Origin: Tetramitus jugosus
Taxonomy: Eukaryota; Protista; Heterolobosea
NCBI GenBank assembly: GCA_937625935.1
Contig: OW569386.1
Span: forward strand, 186,001-250,000
Reading direction: 5' to 3'
DNA: 64,000 nt
Shown here: positions 57,510 to 64,000 of the stretch, piece by piece
How the letters are laid out: each line of letters opens with the position of its first letter
Numbering within the stretch: position 1 is the stretch's first letter
Notes under the pieces: model-generated
The model's database searches: none
The model's input: the letters and a program-made list of their open reading frames with translations, nothing else
Told to the model about the DNA's origin: nothing
Translations under genes and position numbers: made by a program

Positions 57510-59573
57510 AACAAATGGTGCGTGAGCACCACGTTGCGGAACTTTTATTTTTCTTTTTTGAGAGCAGGCTTGGCTGCTCTCAATTTTCTAACATGATGTG
57601 GTGCTTGCCCAGTGGAGTGGCAGGCCTACGCAACATGATTCATTCTCTTCTTGGATTGTTGTTTTGATCCCTTCTTCAGGGATTCGTTGCGCGGGCCTCC
57701 ACTACCGTCTGGAGCACCACTGGTGAGGTCAGATGGATCCGTAGTCCTAGCCAGTTGGTAGGACCTACGGAGAGTACCTCACTTGATACTGGCCAACCTG
57801 GCCGGGATCTTATTACCAGCAGTGTCACCAACCGTGACACGTGCTGATCGCTTCTTGTTTTCCTTGAGTTGGGGACTCTGTAACTCGCAGTCGGGGTACA
57901 GAGATCCAACTCAACTGGATCTTCTTGGGTGGTTGTGCTTCTTGCACGGTCCAGCATGATTGCTCGGGCAGCAATCTCCTTCTTGGCTTTCTTGAACACC
58001 TCGGAGGTGTTCAATACTAGCTCGAGGATTGCTCTGTTACGAGCATCCTCATCCATGGTGTTGTTGGTTGGCTCTTGGGTGACCGTAGTTGGAGTGCGTC
58101 CTTGGAGACGGGGACACGAAGGGAATCCGGTTGACGGAAGCCATTTCTTTTAACACACTGACTTGGTGGCGCAGGTATGAGAGCAGGCGTGTCTAACAGA
58201 GCAGGCACGTTCTCAATTGTCTAACATGGTGTGGTGCTTGCCCAGTGGAGTGGCAGGCCTACGCAACAGGATTCATTCTCTTCCTGGAATGTTGTTTTGC
58301 TCCCTTCTTCAGGGATTCGTTGCGCGGGCCTCCACTACCGTCTGGAGCACCACTGGTGAGGTCAGATGGCTCCGTAGTCCTAGCCAGTTGGTAGGACCTA
58401 CGGAGAGCACCTGACTTGATGCTGGCCAACCTGGCCGGGATCTTGTTGCCAGCAGTGTCACCAACGGTGACACGTGCTGATCGCTTCTTGTTTTCGTTGA
58501 GTTGGGGACTCTGTAACTCACAGTCGGGGTTACAGAGATCCAACTCAACTGGATCTTCTTGGGTGGTTGTGCTTCTTGCACGGTCCACCATGATTGCTCG
58601 GGCAGCAATCTCTTTCTTGGCTTTCTTGAAAACCTCGGAGGTGTTCAATACTAACTCGAGGATTGCTCTGTTACGAGCATCCTCATCCGTGGTGTTGTTG
58701 GTTGGCTTTTGGGTGACCGTAGTTGGAGTGGCGGGGCGGGACTCCGGCATGATCGACTCCCAGTCATCGGTCGTAGACGGAGTCGAAGGTTCGAATTCGG
58801 AGATTCGGTCCGGCGTCCTTGGAGACGGGGACGCGAAGGGAATCCGGTTGTCGGAAGCCATCTCTTTTAACACACTGACTTGGTGGCGCAGGTCGTCCAC
58901 CACAGCCAGGAGCTCTTGATACATCTTGGTCAGCCTCTTGCTGACAGCCTTGACAGGGTCACGTGGGCGTGGAAGGAAGCGCTTTGCTTCCACCTCCACT
59001 GGCATGGCTTGAACGTTCCGAAGCAAAGCTTCGGCATACGTTTCAGACTCCATCACAACAAAGGCAGTGTTGTGCTTCTTGAGCACATTCTTGACCTTTG
59101 TTGTGCCGAGCATGGCCTTGATGTCGTCCTCCGTCTTCCCTTTGACGCCGTGGAGGACGACCTTCTTGGCACAATCAACGTTGTGCTTGAGTGCTGCCTT
59201 GCAGCCACTCATCTTCTTGTTGCGGTTTGAAGAATTCAACAAATGGGTAAATGTTGTCATCAACAACAGTTACCCACGCAACAAACCTCTTGGGGCCCTT
59301 CTTGATGACTTGGACCCTGGTGAGCAAGTCACCAAAATCCAAGCCAATCTTCTTGGCCAAGGCAGCTTTTGGAGAGTCATCGCACTTTCCAGTGATGATG
59401 ACCTCCTTGCTGCTTGGAGCAGTTCCTCTTGGTGCTGTGGTCCACACAGCATAGCGTGGATTCTCATACTCACGAACAACAGGGGTGTGTGTTCGTTTTT
59501 TCATCGGCGTTTTTCCATCACGACAAAGGCAGTGTTCCTGCAATGTTGTTTTGTTCCCTTATGTTATGTTATG
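57510..59573 (-). mobile_element. GC-rich element encoding an ORF1/gag-like protein (two RRM-like domains + coiled coil), frameshifted, no ORF2
   Basis: GC is visibly higher than in the flanks. RRM-like KEVIITG..FVAWVTV (ORF 59543-59175) and KKVVLHGV...TAFVVMES...AEALL (ORF 59266-58259). The 3' part is tandemly duplicated and the 5' end abuts a tRNA fragment. Confidence 0.5.
57560..58892. repeat. Tandem duplication of the element's 3' part (about 57560-58176 vs 58198-58892)
   Basis: High-identity colinear copies; the left copy lacks ~83 nt (58731-58813). Junction microhomology GCAGG. Confidence 0.9.
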
Positions 59574-59601
59574 TTCGATCCCTGCAACGACCATCCTTTT
59601 T
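59573..59601 (+). pseudogene. 3' fragment of a tRNA gene (Ile-like) with Pol III T-run
   Basis: GTTCGATCCCTGCAACGACCA (T-loop, T-stem 3' strand, acceptor strand, discriminator) followed by TCCTTTTT; the 5' part is replaced by (TTATG)3 and the GC-rich element. Confidence 0.65.
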
Positions 59602-60161
59602 CTTTCTTTTTTGCTTTTTGTGGTTGGAGGGTCGATAAACTCTGCCTAAGAAAGAGTGTAATCTTTGTGGTGTACCTGTTAATCAACTCTACGGTCACTG
59701 AGGATTGTGAGGATCGTGCAAAGAACATCAAACAATGCATGACTACACTTCAGTTCCGCTTCAAATTCTGGAATTGCCGATACAGATTCTTCGCAAATAT
59801 ACGGATACAATGCGACGTTAGTATGTATGTCATATGTATGAATGGATGTGCTGGCCGAATTGAAAAGGAAAAACATTATGTATACCCTGAATCACATATT
59901 ACTTCGAGATTCAGATTGACAATATCGTAAGATTCCAAAGCTCAATTCAAAGAGCCGTTGGTGACAATGATTTACAGAATGTCTTAACCAAAATTTCAAT
60001 CACTGACCAGCAGTCGTACGAGCAGAAGTATAAAGAGCTGGAACGCCCAAAAAACAGACTTGAACAATCCATTGTTATGAGCGCACCGTTTCCTAACAAC
60101 ATAATAAAGAAAAGAGGTTAGATACTTCGATCGTTGTCTTACAATAAAACGAAATTTTAAG

Positions 60162-60900
60162 ATGTCCACAACTTCAAGATTTAAACCAAAAACAAAAATT
60201 TTGAGGAGTTCAAAAACACAAACCTCTCACAAGAAAAATAATAAATCACAATTACCATTAACATCATTAACAACAATATCTTTGGCCTCAATCAACAACT
60301 CTTATAAAATCTGCGAAATACCTTCAACTTTTTCCGGTGGCCAATGCAACAGCTTTGTTTTTTATCATCAGTACAACTTCATCACGTGGAGTGTTGATAG
60401 TGACAGACCAAAAATTGTTTTCCCAGAAGTACATGGTTTGTTGTCCAGAGATGTTGTTTGCTATTCTTATTTTTTGTTTTTTTGTGTAGAAAAAACCTAC
60501 GAATCAGCGACTTGGGAGTTTTACACCAAGAAGTTGTTGTATTTGTACAAATTTATCTGGTTTGGAAAAAGAAGAACCTACGATGACCAACTCCGAAGGC
60601 ATTTTTGGTCCTGTCTATTCTACAAATGGTCAAATCTACGATGGGAGCGTCCACATATTATTTCTTACGCCCCCTAGGGAGGAAATATGAGAAATTTATT
60701 CAAATATTTATTCATGGGTCCTGACTCTCTTCATGAGTTGTTTCAAAATGTCAGTGGCTCTCTGAAACAAGCTCGTTAGGAGCTTCACAGGATCTTGGCT
60801 TCTTTGTATATATGGGATTATCTCTGCTGAAATTTGTTTATGCCTTGAGCATAAGACCGAGAAGTCATGTTACAAAGGCATTAGACCTCAACAATAAAGC
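60162..60900 (+). pseudogene. Decayed family member (copy 3 of 3), probably an F-box gene
   Basis: A frameshifted F-box-like start (LP-INIINNNIFG...LL*NLRNT) at ~60250-60325; shares a block with 57270-57345. Confidence 0.45.
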
Positions 60901-61308
60901 AAGAAGAACCTTCAAGATCACATCCAAAATGTGAAGTGAAAAGGATATCTGAAAAGATATGGTCACGGTGGTGCCTCTTCGATAAATGAAATTGTCAGCT
61001 GGTGAGAGATGAATTTACCAACATACTGCCACGCTTCATTCTGACAATCTTGGTCTAAGTCAATATTTAAACTTGACATATTCAACTCTAGAGTTTTGAG
61101 ACCTCTTATGTATCAAGTTTTAATTTAATTTAATCAGGATTCATCAAAGGTTCAACCTTGAACTTGTTATTTCCAAACTTTCTGAGTAATACCAATTGAT
61201 CGTAGTTAAATTCTCCGATCGCAAATTTATGTTTTATTGCTTGCCACAAAATTTTGAATTTTTGTTTCATATTGTTTCCTTTGATCAGGAGTACAAAATG
61301 GAAAAGAT

Positions 61309-61379
61309 CTCGAGCACCGGGAATCGAACCCGGGTCGCCAGAGTGACAGTCTGGAATGCTACCCCTATACCATGCCCGA
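61309..61379 (-). tRNA. tRNA-Asp(GTC)
   Basis: TCGGGCA/TGCTCGA acceptor stem, CCAGA-CTGTCAC-TCTGG anticodon arm, CCGGG-TTCGATT-CCCGG T arm, G discriminator, downstream TTTT. Confidence 0.95.
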
Positions 61380-61414
61380 TCGTTGTTTTCATAATTAATT
61401 TCTCAATTGCATGT

Positions 61415-62670
61415 GATCGTGGCCAATCGAGCAATTGAAGAGAAATGTGTCTCAGCTACAGAGTGAGTTGAACAATGTAATGGATGACTATGCCAGAAGT
61501 GTAGAAGAAATCCGTGCACTGAAGGCCGAAATGATGAAAATGAGACACAGAGTAAGCACCCTCTTGAGTGTTGATAGAAGAGAGAAAATGGTTCCAGATT
61601 CTGGAAATGGTTGACGATGAGACTATGAATCCAAAGAGTGACGAGCAAATGATGAGCACACCAGTTGCACAAACTAAGGGGAAGCGCACTGCTGTGGGGA
61701 AGGAAATAGGTCAAACAAAGCTGACTGACTTCACTGCAAGAAGCGGTGGCAGAAGAGGGACAAAAAGAGTAGCAAATGAGCTGGAGGAGGTTCAGACTCA
61801 GAGCAAGGTAGTTCTTACAGGCTCTCCTGGAGGAACAATGTATGTCAATAAGACTCAACCCATTGTCGAGAACAATGACGAGAGCGAACAGCTCCAACAA
61901 TGAGTACGACCTTAAACGTCGTGTGGTACAACATCAGGGGACTCAAAAACAAAAGAAGTGGTGTTGTAGCCTTTTTAGAGTCAAGCCCGGAAGTTGATGT
62001 TCTAATGTTCATGAAGCAAGTTGCAGGAACGAGGGATTCAAAACCTCCTTTTCCAGACAGCTTGAGATGGTGGGATGTATGTTGATCTGCAACGATGTAA
62101 CTGATAGAGTAATGGCAATAGTACGCCGTGCCAGTGTTCAAGAGTATAAAGTGCTTCTCTCCCATGATAGAATGCAAGTGATCGAGGTTGCTAGTGGTGA
62201 ACTTAGTGTGAAGTTGAAACCACTATGGCCCGCAAAAGGAAGCAATCGGAGGGCACCATTATGTGACAACCAATGAAGTTTTAAGAGAGATAGCGTACAG
62301 GGGAAAGCTAATCCTTGGAGGCGATCACAACACCGTGACGAAAGTTGGAAAAACTTATCAAGAGTTGATACTCACTGTCAAGGCAATGCCACAGAATGTA
62401 TGAGCAAGGATTTACACCCAAAGGGGTATATGCACATAATCCGATGTAATGGGCAATACGCCAGAGGCCGTGATGATCTCAAGGAAATGCTCTTCAGGGA
62501 AAGAAAGGCCACAACCGAACAGTACCCAGAGTGGTGGTTACAGTCTGCCGCAATGGAGCACAAGAACCAATTAGAGTTTCTCAAGAACCCCTTTGTTATA
62601 GATCGCAAGTTGGAATGGTTCCACGCACAGATCAGAAGCGGTACATTGCACACTAGAATCCTTTCGGGTG
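61415..62670 (+). mobile_element. Degenerate APE-type non-LTR retrotransposon (5'-truncated ORF1, ORF2 endonuclease, RT missing)
   Basis: Coiled-coil ORF1 remnant ends in an ATGA overlap at 61900-61903 with ORF2 MSTTLNVVWYNIRGLKNKR...EVDVL. GKLILGGDHN at ~62300; post-RT-like QIRSGTLHTR at ~62630-62657. Confidence 0.75.
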
Positions 62671-63560
62671 TTTTGAGGAGTTCCTTCTTCCTCGAGTTCT
62701 CTGAGAGTATTGTTTTTCTTAAAATCCTTTTCCCACTCTTCTTTTCCGCTGATCTTATATTCACAAAAGCTCCCGATATTACCAGTATCATGCGGAGAAA
62801 CCAATTTCCTTCGGAAACTAGAGAATTTCGGTAGTATACAAAGAGTCTCTTGCAAGAGATAGACTCGTCACTGCCCCTGAAAGGTACAATGTCTTGTCAT
62901 TGAGAGTAATCTGTAAATGTCGTTTATACTCACTACTGGATGGATTTGTCGATTTTTTTTAATCGAGCCATGCTCCTAGTGTTACCACTGTCGGTAGATA
63001 GCCTTAATAAATTGCCCAATCGCCGATCAGAACCTTCTAGATTAAATAGACTTAGAAGAAAAATTGTTGTCGCTCTTGTGGATATTTTCAAGCTCTATCA
63101 ATCTTAAAACATGCAAGAATATCCTATTCAACAGGCTGGATGTATTAATAATGTTCCACTGGAAATACAGCATCTATCAGATCGATTTAGTGTGTCAAAA
63201 CAGATGAAGTGACTTTTATATATATAAGAGCGAGACCCTTGATCACTTATCGAATTTCTCGATTGAGTTCTTACAACTCCCGTGGATGGCAGATATTCTG
63301 GATATAATTGTTCAAATCATTCAATTTTGCGCCATAGTTGAGATAGAATAACTATGCCCAACTATTCTCGACAAAATCAACTCTATCTGACTCAACCTGA
63401 TATATATCTGTGTATTTGATGAAGGTGAATGCATCAACCAGCTGAGGTACATGCACCAGATGGACCTCAGCTGATTCGATCTGTCCATAGGCACCAGAGA
63501 TTGCGCTGCAGATCGAGACAGATGTTGTTTCAACAACTTGAAGAAGCAATACGCATGCGT
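62670..63560 (-). pseudogene. Decayed gene, possibly F-box
   Basis: SAEVHLVHVPQLVDAFTFIKY is weakly F-box-like; broken frames downstream. Confidence 0.3.
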
Positions 63561-63649
63561 TGTTCTTTTTTGAATTTCGCTGCTGCCTTGGTTGTATTCT
63601 TCTTTTTGTTGTAAATTGTGGCGTTAATCTAATTTTTTCTGTGCCTCGT

Positions 63650-64000
63650 TTACTTTGTCGTGTCAAATTGTACACAAACACCAAAATGATCACTGAGGTG
63701 AAGATATTCTTCCTTGGGTGGTTGAGGTTGGTTTCTTTGATTGGACTCGAGGAAAGAGTATCGTTGAGTTTGATTGCTTCTCGTTCGTGCATTCTTGTCT
63801 GGCCACACTGGATCCATTGCAAATATGGTCATGTCGCTCGGATTCAACACCTTTCCTCCAGTCCATCTGTACACTCTATCGAGTCTTCTCTTAAACGGTT
63901 CTTCGTTCTGATCCACCGGTTTGTTCATCATTTGCATGAGCGTGTTCAGTGTGTTATCCATTGTATAGCCAGGATCCTTCACGCCCTTCAATTCCACCCA
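63650..64000 (-). CDS. Second TDP2-like EEP paralogue, 3' end (continues beyond window)
   Basis: PGYTMDNTLN, RRLDR, SDHFG; colinear with 55457-55810. Confidence 0.85.
   Translation of the reverse strand, partial: WVELKGVKDPGYTMDNTLNTLMQMMNKPVDQNEEPFKRRLDRVYRWTGGKVLNPSDMTIFAMDPVWPDKNARTRSNQTQRYSFLESNQRNQPQPPKEEYLHLSDHFGVCVQFDTTK

Noticed and set aside
59573-59593. LTR primer-binding site (TGGTCGTTGCAGGGATCGAAC on the minus strand)
   Set aside because: Treating the final CCA as the tRNA tail leaves only 5 nt after the T-stem. The spacing and following T-run fit a genomic tRNA end, and no LTRs are seen.
55300-59700. Permuted or split tRNA genes explaining the orphan 3' fragments
   Set aside because: No matching 5' half (acceptor strand + D arm + anticodon arm) was found beside either fragment in this window.
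58416-59930. Plus-strand ORFs 59067-59930 and 58416-58919
   Set aside because: They are antisense to the RRM ORF in GC-rich, stop-poor sequence, show no domain signal, and one crosses the element boundary.
1-64000. CRISPR array, rRNA or telomeric repeats
   Set aside because: No repeat-spacer structure, rRNA-like sequence or telomere array was seen; (TTATG)3 is only 15 bp.

Overview
Gene-dense eukaryotic nuclear DNA with about 40% GC, standard code, a few short GT-AG introns and long poly-N/Q/T/S/H tracts. The repertoire (Zn2Cys6 factor, CHASE4-HAMP-PAS sensor, NHL and F-box expansions) suggests a heterolobosean, Naegleria-like amoeba; this is inferred, not proven. Positions 1-39.5 kb and 45-57 kb hold mostly intact genes: CUL4 3' end, NDUFA1-like, DENN-PH, thioredoxin, agmatine deiminase, XRCC3, AhpD-like, GSS, Tim44/MRPL45-like, F-box, ERCC6L/PICH, START, SAMHD1-like, HEAT, VPS9, VAMP7-like, GPR137-like, GH38 mannosidase and a TDP2-like EEP. 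Positions 39.5-45 kb and 57-63.6 kb are decayed accessory zones with F-box relics, a probable Fanzor1 relic, an APE-type LINE relic and a GC-rich RRM/ORF1-like element, the last two adjoining tRNA sequences. The top candidates are: (1) an F-box-ankyrin protein fused to a histone H3 fold; (2) a membrane protein whose ~225-aa loop is a mirror-symmetric, charge-complementary giant beta-hairpin; (3) tRNA-associated retroelement insertions; (4) a Fanzor1-like RNA-guided nuclease fossil; (5) an ER-retained (HDEL) agmatine/arginine deiminase and a PTS2-bearing TDP2-like enzyme. All family calls come from motif recognition by eye; no searches were run.
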